Source: a virus
Lineage: Duplodnaviria > Heunggongvirae > Uroviricota > Caudoviricetes
DNA: 43,127 nucleotides
IMG/VR virus record: IMGVR_UViG_2529293240_000022
Reading direction: 5' to 3' (one strand)
Part shown: positions 26,986-35,517 of the stretch, in pieces
How positions within the stretch are numbered: the first letter of the stretch is position 1
How the letters are laid out: every line of letters begins with the position of its first letter
The notes under the pieces: generated by a model
Databases searched by the model: none
Told to the model about the DNA's origin: nothing
Seen by the model: the letters and a program-made list of their open reading frames with translations, nothing else
Position numbers and translations under genes: made by a program

Positions 26986-27012
26986 CGGGGGCGAAATGCC
27001 CCCGTGTTTTTT
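26986..27012 (+). terminator. Rho-independent terminator immediately after the major capsid gene
   Basis: stem CGGGGGC, loop GAAAT, stem GCCCCCG then TGTTTTTT. Confidence 0.6.
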
Positions 27013-27027
27013 CACAGGGAGCTGGAT

Positions 27028-27396
27028 ATGGCAACAAAAGAAGAAAATCAGAAACGTCTTCGTGAACTGGCTGGTCTGCTGGGGCGCGAGGCGGATATGT
27101 CGGGGAGTGCTGCGGATATCGCACAGCGTGTGGCAGAGTGGGAAGAGGAGGTTTGCGCCTCGGAAAATGAAATCGCAGATGTTGATGATACCGTTCATGA
27201 GCAGGCATGCAGGCACACCGGTGAGGATGACGTTGGTATTCTGGAACGTATCAGGCTTCTGAAGTGTTTTTACCTGTGCGGTGTTGACGATGAAACAGGT
27301 GAGCCTGTTGAGCATGTTGATGCTGGCAGAGTAATTCTGATGCCCCCCTCAGTGGCAAAAGACATGGTTAGGAGCGGAATGGCCGTTTATGCGTGA
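27028..27396 (+). CDS. FI: DNA packaging protein FI-like
   Basis: position between E and FII; acidic protein; start at MATKEEN. Confidence 0.6.
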   Translation: MATKEENQKRLRELAGLLGREADMSGSAADIAQRVAEWEEEVCASENEIADVDDTVHEQACRHTGEDDVGILERIRLLKCFYLCGVDDETGEPVEHVDAGRVILMPPSVAKDMVRSGMAVYA

Positions 27397-27742
27397 TTTT
27401 GAGAATTCCTTTGATGCTGCCCTTGCCGGGGTGGACAGAACGATTGTTGAAGTGATGGGGCTCTGTGCGCAGTTCACCTCGGGGGCACAGTGTGGCAGCG
27501 AAGTTCAGGGGGTTTTTGACGATCCGGAGTCGCTGGGGTTTGCCGGTAGCGGGGTCCGTATTGAAGGAAGCAGCCCGTCATTATTTGTGCGGACGGATAC
27601 GGTTCGTGCCGTGCGGCGTGGTGACACGCTGACCATTAATGGTGAGACATTCTGGGTGGATCGTGTTTCTCCGGATGACGGGGGTAGCTGTTATCTCTGG
27701 CTCAACCGTGGGCAACCACCCGCAGTTAACCGGCGACGATAA
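27389..27742 (+). CDS. FII: Head-tail joining protein gpFII
   Basis: 117 aa, lambda FII-like. Confidence 0.9.
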   Translation: MRDFENSFDAALAGVDRTIVEVMGLCAQFTSGAQCGSEVQGVFDDPESLGFAGSGVRIEGSSPSLFVRTDTVRAVRRGDTLTINGETFWVDRVSPDDGGSCYLWLNRGQPPAVNRRR

Positions 27743-27756
27743 ACGCAGGGTGAATT

Positions 27757-28332
27757 ATGGCGATAAAAGGGCTTGATCAGGCGATTGACAATCTGAGCCG
27801 GGTTCGTAAAAACGCCATTCCGGCTGCTTCTGCAATGACCATTAACCGCGTGGCCACAACGGCGATTAATCAGTCTTCGTCACAGGTTGCCCGGGAAACC
27901 AGGGTGAGACGGAAACTGGTAAAGGAACGGTCCAGACTGAAACGGGCGACGGTCAGAAATCCGAATGCCAGAATTATCGTTAACCGCGGTGATCTCCCTG
28001 TGATTAAGCTGGGGATCAGAATGCTGGGGCGTCGTCCGAACAGCATACTCAAAGCCGGTCAGCATCGTTATCAGCGGGCATTTATCCAGCGATTAAATAA
28101 TGGGCGCTGGCATGTTATGCAACGTCTTCCCCAGGCCAGATATAAGGAGGGCAATGACGACAAGGGAAGGAAAAAGCGTAATCGCCTTCCCATTCAGGTG
28201 GTGAAAATCCCGATGGCGGCCCCACTGAAACAGGCATTTGATGAGAATGTTGACCGTATCCGGCGTGAACGCCTGCCTAAAGAACTGGCATACGCGCTGA
28301 AACAACAACTGAGGATTGCGATAAAACGATGA
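27757..28332 (+). CDS. Z: Tail completion protein gpZ
   Basis: 191 aa, lambda Z-like. Confidence 0.9.
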   Translation: MAIKGLDQAIDNLSRVRKNAIPAASAMTINRVATTAINQSSSQVARETRVRRKLVKERSRLKRATVRNPNARIIVNRGDLPVIKLGIRMLGRRPNSILKAGQHRYQRAFIQRLNNGRWHVMQRLPQARYKEGNDDKGRKKRNRLPIQVVKIPMAAPLKQAFDENVDRIRRERLPKELAYALKQQLRIAIKR

Positions 28333-28724
28333 AACACACTGACATTCGTGCCGCAGTGCTGGATGCACTCGAGCAGCATGAACACGGGGCGACGCTGTTT
28401 GATGGTCGCCCCGTTGTTTTTGACGAAGAGGATTTTCCTGCGATCGCGGTTTATCTGACGGATGCAGAGTATACCGGTGAAGAGCTGGATGCAGATACCT
28501 GGCGGGCCACACTGCATATTGAGGTGTTTTTACCGGCACAGGTACCGGATTCAGAGCTCGATCAGTGGATGGAAAGCCGGATTTACCCGGCGATGACCGC
28601 GATCCCGGCACTGGCAGGACTGATTACCACGATGGTTACGCAGGGCTATGAGTATCGTCGTGATGACGATATGGCGTTATGGAGTTCTGCAGATCTGACT
28701 TATTCCATTACATACGAGATGTGA
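28329..28724 (+). CDS. U: Tail terminator protein gpU
   Basis: 131 aa, lambda U-like. Confidence 0.9.
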   Translation: MKHTDIRAAVLDALEQHEHGATLFDGRPVVFDEEDFPAIAVYLTDAEYTGEELDADTWRATLHIEVFLPAQVPDSELDQWMESRIYPAMTAIPALAGLITTMVTQGYEYRRDDDMALWSSADLTYSITYEM

Positions 28725-28731
28725 GGACGAT

Positions 28732-29487
28732 ATGGCAACACCAAATCCCCTTGAGCCGGTAAAAGGTGCCGGTACCACTCTGTGGGTTTACAACGGCAAG
28801 GGTGATGCTTATGCAAACCCGTTGTCAGACGATGACTGGCAGCGACTGGCTAAGGTGAAGGATCTGACGCCGGGCGAGATGACGGCAGAATCCTACGATG
28901 ATAACTACCTGGATGATGAAGACGCGGACTGGACCGCGACCGGGCAGGGGCAGAAATCTGCAGGTGATACCAGTTTTACGCTGGCCTGGAAACCGGGAGA
29001 GGAAGGCCAGAAAGGGCTTATAGGCTGGTTTGAAAGCGGCGATGTCCGGGCCTATAAAATCCGTTTTCCGAATGGCACGGTGGATGTGTTTCGTGGCTGG
29101 GTCAGCAGTATCGGTAAGGCCGTGACGGCGAAAAAAGAAGTGATCACCCGCACGGTGAAAGTCACTAACGTGGGTAAACCTTCTGTAGCGGAAGAACGCA
29201 GCAAAATTACGCCGGTCAGTGCGATTAAGGTGACGCCGACATCCGGTACGGTGGCAAAAGGGAAAACAACCACCCTGACGGTTTCTTTTGAGCCGGAAAG
29301 TGCAACCGACAAGACGTTCAGAGCGGTTTCCGCCGATCCGTCGAAAGCCACCATTAGTGTGAAAGATATGACAATTACGGTAAACGGCGTGGCGACAGGT
29401 AAGGTGCAGATCCCTGTGGTGAGCGGAAATGGTCAGTTCGCCGCAGTGGCTGAAGTCACCGTTACTGAAGCGGGCGCTGCAGGGTAA
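28732..29487 (+). CDS. V: Major tail protein gpV
   Basis: 251 aa, lambda V-like. Confidence 0.9.
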   Translation: MATPNPLEPVKGAGTTLWVYNGKGDAYANPLSDDDWQRLAKVKDLTPGEMTAESYDDNYLDDEDADWTATGQGQKSAGDTSFTLAWKPGEEGQKGLIGWFESGDVRAYKIRFPNGTVDVFRGWVSSIGKAVTAKKEVITRTVKVTNVGKPSVAEERSKITPVSAIKVTPTSGTVAKGKTTTLTVSFEPESATDKTFRAVSADPSKATISVKDMTITVNGVATGKVQIPVVSGNGQFAAVAEVTVTEAGAAG

Positions 29488-29500
29488 ACGGAGGTAATAC

Positions 29501-29932
29501 ATGTTTCTGAAAACAGAACAATTTGAATATAACGGTGTGTCTGTCACGCTTTCCGAATTGTCTGCGCTGCAGCGTATCGAGCATCTTTCCCTTCTGAAAC
29601 GGCGTGCAGAACAGGCAGAATCCTGCGGCAACCTGCAGGTAAGCGTGGAAGATCTCGTCAGAACCGGCGCGTTTCTGGTGGCGATGTCCCTGTGGCATAA
29701 CCATCCACAGAAAACGCAGTCACCGTCAATGAATGAGGCCGTGATGAAGATAGAGCAGGAAGTGCTCACCACCTGGCCTGCCGATGCCATTGCCCGGGCG
29801 GAAGACGTGGTGTTGTGCCTGTCCGGGATGATCGAAGCTGTTCGTCCGGATACTGATATTACTGAAGTGGCGAAAAATAACACGCTGACTGATGATGATT
29901 TTTCTGCGGGAAAGTCTTCGACGGCGAGCTGA
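29501..29932 (+). CDS. G: Tail assembly chaperone gpG
   Basis: 143 aa, lambda G-like. Confidence 0.9.
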   Translation: MFLKTEQFEYNGVSVTLSELSALQRIEHLSLLKRRAEQAESCGNLQVSVEDLVRTGAFLVAMSLWHNHPQKTQSPSMNEAVMKIEQEVLTTWPADAIARAEDVVLCLSGMIEAVRPDTDITEVAKNNTLTDDDFSAGKSSTAS

Positions 29933-30372
29933 ACTTTGCCCTCAGACTGGCGCGTGAGATGGGGAGACCCGACTGGCGCGCCATGCTTGCCGGGATGACA
30001 TCCACCGAATATGCCGACTGGCACCGTTTTTACCGCACGCATTATTTTCAGGATACCCAGCTGGATATGCATTTTTCCGGGCTGACGTACGCTGTACTCA
30101 GCCTGTTTTTTTGCGATCCGGATATGCATCCCTCTGATTTCAATCTGCTTGTCCCCCGGCATGAGGAAGAGCAGGTGGAGAGGCCGGATGAGGACAAAAT
30201 GCTGATGCAGAAAGCGGCAGGACTTGCCGGAGGCGTCCGGTTCGGTGGGGACGGAGGGCGCGATATTTTATCGTCTGCGGATGTGGCGGATGTCATGGTG
30301 GATGATGCCGCATTAATGATGGCTTCAGCGGGGATTCCGGGAGGTGTGAGATATGTCCCAGCCGGTTGGTGA
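29501..30372 (+). CDS. T: Tail assembly chaperone gpGT made by -1 programmed frameshift at G GGA AAG (29908-29914)
   Basis: slippery heptamer read in the G frame; T-frame ORF 29959..30372 lacks its own start context. Confidence 0.8.
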
Positions 30373-32926
30373 TCTTGTTATTGACCTGAGTCTGGATGCT
30401 GTCCGTTTCGATGAGCAGATGAGCCGGGTAAGGCGTCATTTTTCAGGTCTGGATACCGACGCCAGAAAAACCGCCAGTGCTGTTGAACAGGGCCTGAGCC
30501 GCCAGGCGCTGGCTGCACAAAAAGCCGGGATTTCCGTCGGGCAGTATAAAGCGGCCATGCGAACCCTGCCCGCACAGTTTACGGATATCGCCACGCAGCT
30601 TGCCGGTGGTCAGAATCCCTGGCTGATCCTGCTGCAACAGGGCGGTCAGGTGAAGGACTCCTTCGGCGGGATGATCCCCATGTTCAGGGGGCTCGCCGGT
30701 GCGATCACCCTGCCGATGGTCGGGGTCACCTCGCTGGCGGTGGCGACAGGTGCGCTGGTGTACGCCTGGTACCAGGGAGATTCCACGCTTTCAGCGTTTA
30801 ATAAAACCCTGGTTCTTTCCGGTAATCAGTCCGGACTGACTGCCGATCGTATGCTGACTCTCTCAAGAGCCGGGCAGGCAGCAGGGCTGACGTTTAACCA
30901 GGCGAGAGAGTCACTGGCAGCCCTGGTGAATGCCGGTGTGCGTGGTGGTGAACAGTTTGATGCCATCAACCAGAGTGTCGCGCGTTTTGCGTCTGCATCC
31001 GGTGTGGAGGTGGATAAAGTCGCTGAAGCCTTCGGGAAGCTGACCACTGACCCGACGTCGGGACTGATGGCGATGGCGCGCCAGTTCCGTAACGTGACGG
31101 CAGAGCAGATTGCGTATGTTGCACAGCTGCAGCGTTCCGGAGACGAGGCCGGGGCATTGCAGGCGGCGAACGATATCGCCACGAAAGGCTTTGATGAGCA
31201 GACCCGTCGCCTGAAAGAAAACATGGGAACACTGGAGACCTGGGCGGATAAAACAGGGAGGGCATTCAAATCGATGTGGGATGCCATTCTGGATATCGGT
31301 CGTCCTGAATCCTCAGCGGATATGCTCGCCAGTGCGCAGAAGGCATTTGATGAGGCGGATAAAAAATGGCAGTGGTACCAGAGCCGGAGCCAGCGCCGGG
31401 GAAAAACCGCCTCTTTTCGTGCGAACCTTCAGGGGGCATGGGATGACCGGGAAAATGCCCGTCTGGGTCTGGCAGCGGCCACGCTGCAGTCGGATATGGA
31501 AAAAGCCGGTGAACTGGCGGCAAGGGACCGGGCTGAGCGTGAGGCGTCACAGCTGAAGTATACCGGAGAGGCGCAGAAGGCGTATGAGCGCCTGCAGACG
31601 CCGCTGGATAAATATACCGCCCGTCAGAAAGAGCTGAATAAGGCCCTGAAAGACGGAAAAATCCTGCAGGCGGATTACAACACGCTGATGGCGTCGGCAA
31701 AAAAGGATTATGAATCGACGCTGAAAAAGCCGTCAGGTGTGAAGGTGTCTGCCGGTGAGCGCCAGGAAGACCGGGCGCATGCAGCCATGCTGGCGCTTGA
31801 AACCGAGCTCAGGACGCTGGAAAAACACAGCGGTGTGAATGAGAAAATCAGCCAGCAGCGCCGGGATTTATGGGAAGCGGAAAATCAGTATGTGGTCCTG
31901 AAAGAGGCCGCCACGAAACGGCAGTTATCTGAGCAGGAAAAATCCCTGCTGGCCCATGAGAAAGAAACGCTGGAGTACAAACGCCAGCTGGCTGAGCTGG
32001 GCGACAAGATTGAACACCAGAAACGGCTGAATGAGCTGGCACAGCAGGCGGCGCGGTTTGAACAGCAGCAGAGCGCGAAGCAGGCGGCAATCAGCGCAAA
32101 AGCCCGCGGACTCACCGACCGTCAGGCGCAGCGGGAGTCGGAAGAGCAGCGCCTTCGTGAGGTGTACGGTGATAATCCGGCTGCGCTGGCGAAGGCCACA
32201 TCTGCACTGAAGAACACCTGGTCTGCGGAGGAGCAGCTTCGTGGAAGCTGGATGGCCGGGATGAAGTCCGGCTGGGGCGAGTGGGCGGAAAGTGCGACGG
32301 ACAGTTTTTCGCAGGTTAAAAACGCGGCCACGCAGACCTTTGACGGTATTGCACAGAATATGGCAGCGATGCTGACCGGCAGCGAACAGAACTGGCGTGG
32401 TTTCACCCGTTCTGTGCTGTCCATGCTGACAGAGATTTTTCTGAAGCAGGCGATGGTGGGGATAGTCGGGAGTATCGGCAGCGCCATTGGCGGGGCTGTT
32501 GGTGGCGGCGCATCCGCGTCAGGCGGTACAGCCATTCAGGCTGCGGCGGCGAACTTCCATTTCGCGACCGGGGGATTTACGGGGACGGGGGGTAAATATG
32601 AACCTGCGGGGATTGTTCATCGCGGGGAGTTTGTCTTCACGAAGGAGGCGACCAGCCGGATTGGTGTCGGCAATCTGTACCGCCTGATGCGGGGCTATGC
32701 GGAAGGTGGTTATGTCGGCGGTGCCGGAAGTCCGGCGCAGATGCGGCGGGCGGAAGGCATTAATTTTAATCAGAACAATCACGTGGTGATTCAGAACGAC
32801 GGCCCCAACGGGCGGGCAGGGCCGCAGCTGATGAAAGCGGTGTATGAGATGGCCCGCAAGGGGGCACAGGATGAACTCCGGCTGCAGTTGCGTGATGGCG
32901 GTATGTTATCAGGGAGCGGTGGATGA
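30353..32926 (+). CDS. H: Tail tape-measure protein gpH
   Basis: 857 aa, lambda H-like. Confidence 0.95.
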   Translation: MSQPVGDLVIDLSLDAVRFDEQMSRVRRHFSGLDTDARKTASAVEQGLSRQALAAQKAGISVGQYKAAMRTLPAQFTDIATQLAGGQNPWLILLQQGGQVKDSFGGMIPMFRGLAGAITLPMVGVTSLAVATGALVYAWYQGDSTLSAFNKTLVLSGNQSGLTADRMLTLSRAGQAAGLTFNQARESLAALVNAGVRGGEQFDAINQSVARFASASGVEVDKVAEAFGKLTTDPTSGLMAMARQFRNVTAEQIAYVAQLQRSGDEAGALQAANDIATKGFDEQTRRLKENMGTLETWADKTGRAFKSMWDAILDIGRPESSADMLASAQKAFDEADKKWQWYQSRSQRRGKTASFRANLQGAWDDRENARLGLAAATLQSDMEKAGELAARDRAEREASQLKYTGEAQKAYERLQTPLDKYTARQKELNKALKDGKILQADYNTLMASAKKDYESTLKKPSGVKVSAGERQEDRAHAAMLALETELRTLEKHSGVNEKISQQRRDLWEAENQYVVLKEAATKRQLSEQEKSLLAHEKETLEYKRQLAELGDKIEHQKRLNELAQQAARFEQQQSAKQAAISAKARGLTDRQAQRESEEQRLREVYGDNPAALAKATSALKNTWSAEEQLRGSWMAGMKSGWGEWAESATDSFSQVKNAATQTFDGIAQNMAAMLTGSEQNWRGFTRSVLSMLTEIFLKQAMVGIVGSIGSAIGGAVGGGASASGGTAIQAAAANFHFATGGFTGTGGKYEPAGIVHRGEFVFTKEATSRIGVGNLYRLMRGYAEGGYVGGAGSPAQMRRAEGINFNQNNHVVIQNDGPNGRAGPQLMKAVYEMARKGAQDELRLQLRDGGMLSGSGG

Positions 32927-33252
32927 AAACCTTTCGCTGGAAAGTGAAGCCGGATATGGAGGTGAACTCGCAGCCATCGGTGCGTGAAGTGCGTTTTGGT
33001 GACGGGTACTCACAGCGTATGGCGGCAGGGCTGAATGCTGACCTGAAAACATACAGGGTGACGCTTTCCGTGACCCGGGAGGAGGCCCGGCATCTGGAAG
33101 CGTTCCTGGCAGAGCACGGTGGCTGGAAGGCATTTTTGTGGAAGCCACCCTATGCATACCGGCAGATAAAGGTGACCTGTGCCGGGTGGTCTGCGCGGGT
33201 CGGGATGTTGCGCGTTGAGTTCAGCGCGGAGTTTAAGCAGGTGGTGAACTGA
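32923..33252 (+). CDS. M: Minor tail protein gpM
   Basis: 109 aa, lambda M-like. Confidence 0.9.
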   Translation: MKTFRWKVKPDMEVNSQPSVREVRFGDGYSQRMAAGLNADLKTYRVTLSVTREEARHLEAFLAEHGGWKAFLWKPPYAYRQIKVTCAGWSARVGMLRVEFSAEFKQVVN

Positions 33253-33950
33253 TGCAGGATATTCACGAAGAAAGTCTGAGCGAGTCGGTTAAATCAGAGC
33301 AGTCACCGCGGGTGGTACTCTGGGAAATCGACCTGACGGTACAGGGCGGTGAGCGGTATTTTTTCTGTAATGAGCTGAATGAAAAAGGGGAGCCGGTCAC
33401 CTGGCAGGGGCGGCAATATCAGGCATACCCGATTGACGGCAGCGGTTTTGAGATGAGCGGGAAGGGCAGCAGTGCCAGACCGTCGCTGACGGTGTCCAAT
33501 CTGTTCGGTCTGGTCACCGGGATGGCGGAAGACCTGCAGAGTCTGGTGGGGGCCACGGTGGTCCGCCGCCGGGTGTATGCCCGTTTTCTGGATGCGGTGA
33601 ATTTCGGTGCGGGCAATCCGGCGGCGGACCCGGAGCAGGAGCTGAGTGACCGCTGGGTGGTGGAGCAGATGTCGCAGCTGACAGCCATGACGGCCTCGTT
33701 TGTGCTGGCCACACCGACCGAGACGGACGGGGCGCTGTTTCCCGGTCGTATCATGCTGGCGAACACCTGTATGTGGACCTACCGCTCTGATGAGTGTGGT
33801 TACACGGGCGGGGCTGTGGCGGATGAGTTCGATAAACCCACCACCGATATCCGTAAGGACAGATGCAGCAAGTGCATGCGCGGGTGTGAGATGCGCGGCA
33901 TGGTGGCTAATTTTGGCGGTTTCCTTTCCATTAATAAACTTTCGCAGTAA
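33252..33950 (+). CDS. L: Minor tail protein gpL
   Basis: 232 aa, lambda L-like. Confidence 0.9.
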   Translation: MQDIHEESLSESVKSEQSPRVVLWEIDLTVQGGERYFFCNELNEKGEPVTWQGRQYQAYPIDGSGFEMSGKGSSARPSLTVSNLFGLVTGMAEDLQSLVGATVVRRRVYARFLDAVNFGAGNPAADPEQELSDRWVVEQMSQLTAMTASFVLATPTETDGALFPGRIMLANTCMWTYRSDECGYTGGAVADEFDKPTTDIRKDRCSKCMRGCEMRGMVANFGGFLSINKLSQ

Positions 33951-33960
33951 ATCCCGGTTT

Positions 33961-34704
33961 ATGACACAGACAGAATCAGCGATTCTGGCACACACCCGGC
34001 GGTGTGTGCCTGCGGAGTCGTGCGGCTTCGTGGTGAGAACGCCGGAGGGGGAGCGGTATATCCCTTGTGTGAATATCTCTGCAGAGCCGGAGGCGTATTT
34101 TCGTATTGCACCGGAAGACTGGCTGTGGGCAGAGATGCAGGGGGAGATTGTGGCACTGGTCCACAGTCATCCCGGTGGTCTGCCCTGGCTGAGCGAGGCC
34201 GACCGGCGGCTGCAGATAAAAAGTGCACTGTCCTGGTGGCTGGTCTGCCGGGGGGAAATTCATAAATTCCGCTGTGTGCCACATCTGACAGGACGGCGCT
34301 TTGAGCACGGGGTGACGGACTGTTACACGCTGTTCCGGGATGCCTACCATCTGGCGGGAATTGATATGCCGGATTTTGAGCGTGAGGATGACTGGTGGCG
34401 CAACGGTCAGAACCTTTACCTGGACAATATGGCGGTCACCGGCTTTTACCGGGTGCCCCTGTCCTCTGCACAGGCGGGCGATATCCTGCTGTGCTGCTTT
34501 GGCGCATCGGTGGCCAATCATGCCGCCATTTACTGCGGCAACGGTGAACTGCTTCACCATCTGCCTGAACAACTGAGTAAACGGGAGAGGTATTCCGAAA
34601 AATGGCAACGACGAACGCATTCTGTCTGGCGTCACCGCCACTGGCACGCATCTGCCTTCACGGGGATTTACAACGATTTGGCCGCCGCCTCAGCCTGTAC
34701 GTGA
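33961..34704 (+). CDS. K: Tail tip assembly protein gpK; start uncertain
   Basis: lambda K-like with HSHP motif; start taken at first ATG after L (MTQTES); overlaps I by ~100 nt as in lambda. Confidence 0.7.
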   Translation: MTQTESAILAHTRRCVPAESCGFVVRTPEGERYIPCVNISAEPEAYFRIAPEDWLWAEMQGEIVALVHSHPGGLPWLSEADRRLQIKSALSWWLVCRGEIHKFRCVPHLTGRRFEHGVTDCYTLFRDAYHLAGIDMPDFEREDDWWRNGQNLYLDNMAVTGFYRVPLSSAQAGDILLCCFGASVANHAAIYCGNGELLHHLPEQLSKRERYSEKWQRRTHSVWRHRHWHASAFTGIYNDLAAASACT

Positions 34705-35282
34705 ACACGGCAGCGGAAGCCATCCGGGCGCTGTCGTTACAGGTGCCGGGATTCCGCCGTCAGATGAACGAAGGCTGGTACCAGATACGTATTCGCGGTG
34801 AGGACACGGCACCGGAGGCGGTGTACGCCCGTCTTCACGAACCTCTGGGTGAGGGGGCGGTCATCCACATTGTGCCGCGACTGGCCGGAGCCGGAAAGGG
34901 CGGACTGCAGATTGTGCTGGGGGCGGCAGCCATCGTGGGCTCTTTCTTCACTGCCGGAGGCTCGATGGCGTTATGGGGTACAGCCCTGAGTGCCGGTGGT
35001 TTTTCTGCCACCACGATGCTGTTTTCACTGGGTGCCAGTATGATTCTGGGCGGTGTGGCCCAGATGCTGGCACCGAAGGCAAAAACACCGGATTACCGCG
35101 CAACGGATAACGGTAAACAGAACACGTATTTTTCGTCACTGGACAATATGATTGCCCAGGGTAACCCGATGCCGGTGCCTTACGGGGAAATGCTGGTTGG
35201 TTCACGACGGATATCCCAGGACATCAGCACCCGTGATGAAGGCGGGGGCGGAAAGGTCGTGGTTATCGGGCGGCAGGGGTAA
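34602..35282 (+). CDS. I: Tail tip assembly protein gpI
   Basis: 226 aa, lambda I-like. Confidence 0.9.
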   Translation: MATTNAFCLASPPLARICLHGDLQRFGRRLSLYVNTAAEAIRALSLQVPGFRRQMNEGWYQIRIRGEDTAPEAVYARLHEPLGEGAVIHIVPRLAGAGKGGLQIVLGAAAIVGSFFTAGGSMALWGTALSAGGFSATTMLFSLGASMILGGVAQMLAPKAKTPDYRATDNGKQNTYFSSLDNMIAQGNPMPVPYGEMLVGSRRISQDISTRDEGGGGKVVVIGRQG

Positions 35283-35295
35283 AAAGAATAAAAAA

Positions 35296-35321
35296 ATCCC
35301 GCAGAGTTGCGGAACTGCGGG
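35296..35321 (-). terminator. Minus-strand terminator-like hairpin in the I-J spacer
   Basis: stem TCCCGCAG / CTGCGGGA preceded on plus strand by A7 (T-run on minus strand). Confidence 0.4.
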
Positions 35322-35453
35322 AGCGTTACGAAGATTAAGTGTAAGGAATTATTCTTATGTCACGACAAAAAACATTAACGCAGAGAAATTATTAGCACCA
35401 CAGTCAGTTTGTGAAAATGTGAAGATATTCAGAAGTTTTATTCAGTGATGATA

Positions 35454-35485
35454 CAGGCATCCTCAGGGATGCCTGTTGTTTTTGT
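35454..35485 (+). terminator. Plus-strand terminator-like hairpin ~30 nt upstream of J
   Basis: 9-bp stem CAGGCATCC / GGATGCCTG followed by TTGTTTTTGTG. Confidence 0.45.
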
Positions 35486-35517
35486 GCGTAACAGTTATCA
35501 CAGTAAAGGGTGAGACA

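Noticed and set aside
28825-30162. 445-aa ORF on the minus strand
   Set aside because: Antisense to gpV/G/T, which have clear lambda homology; long open frames are expected by chance in GC-rich coding DNA and the translation is Arg/Cys-rich and low-complexity.
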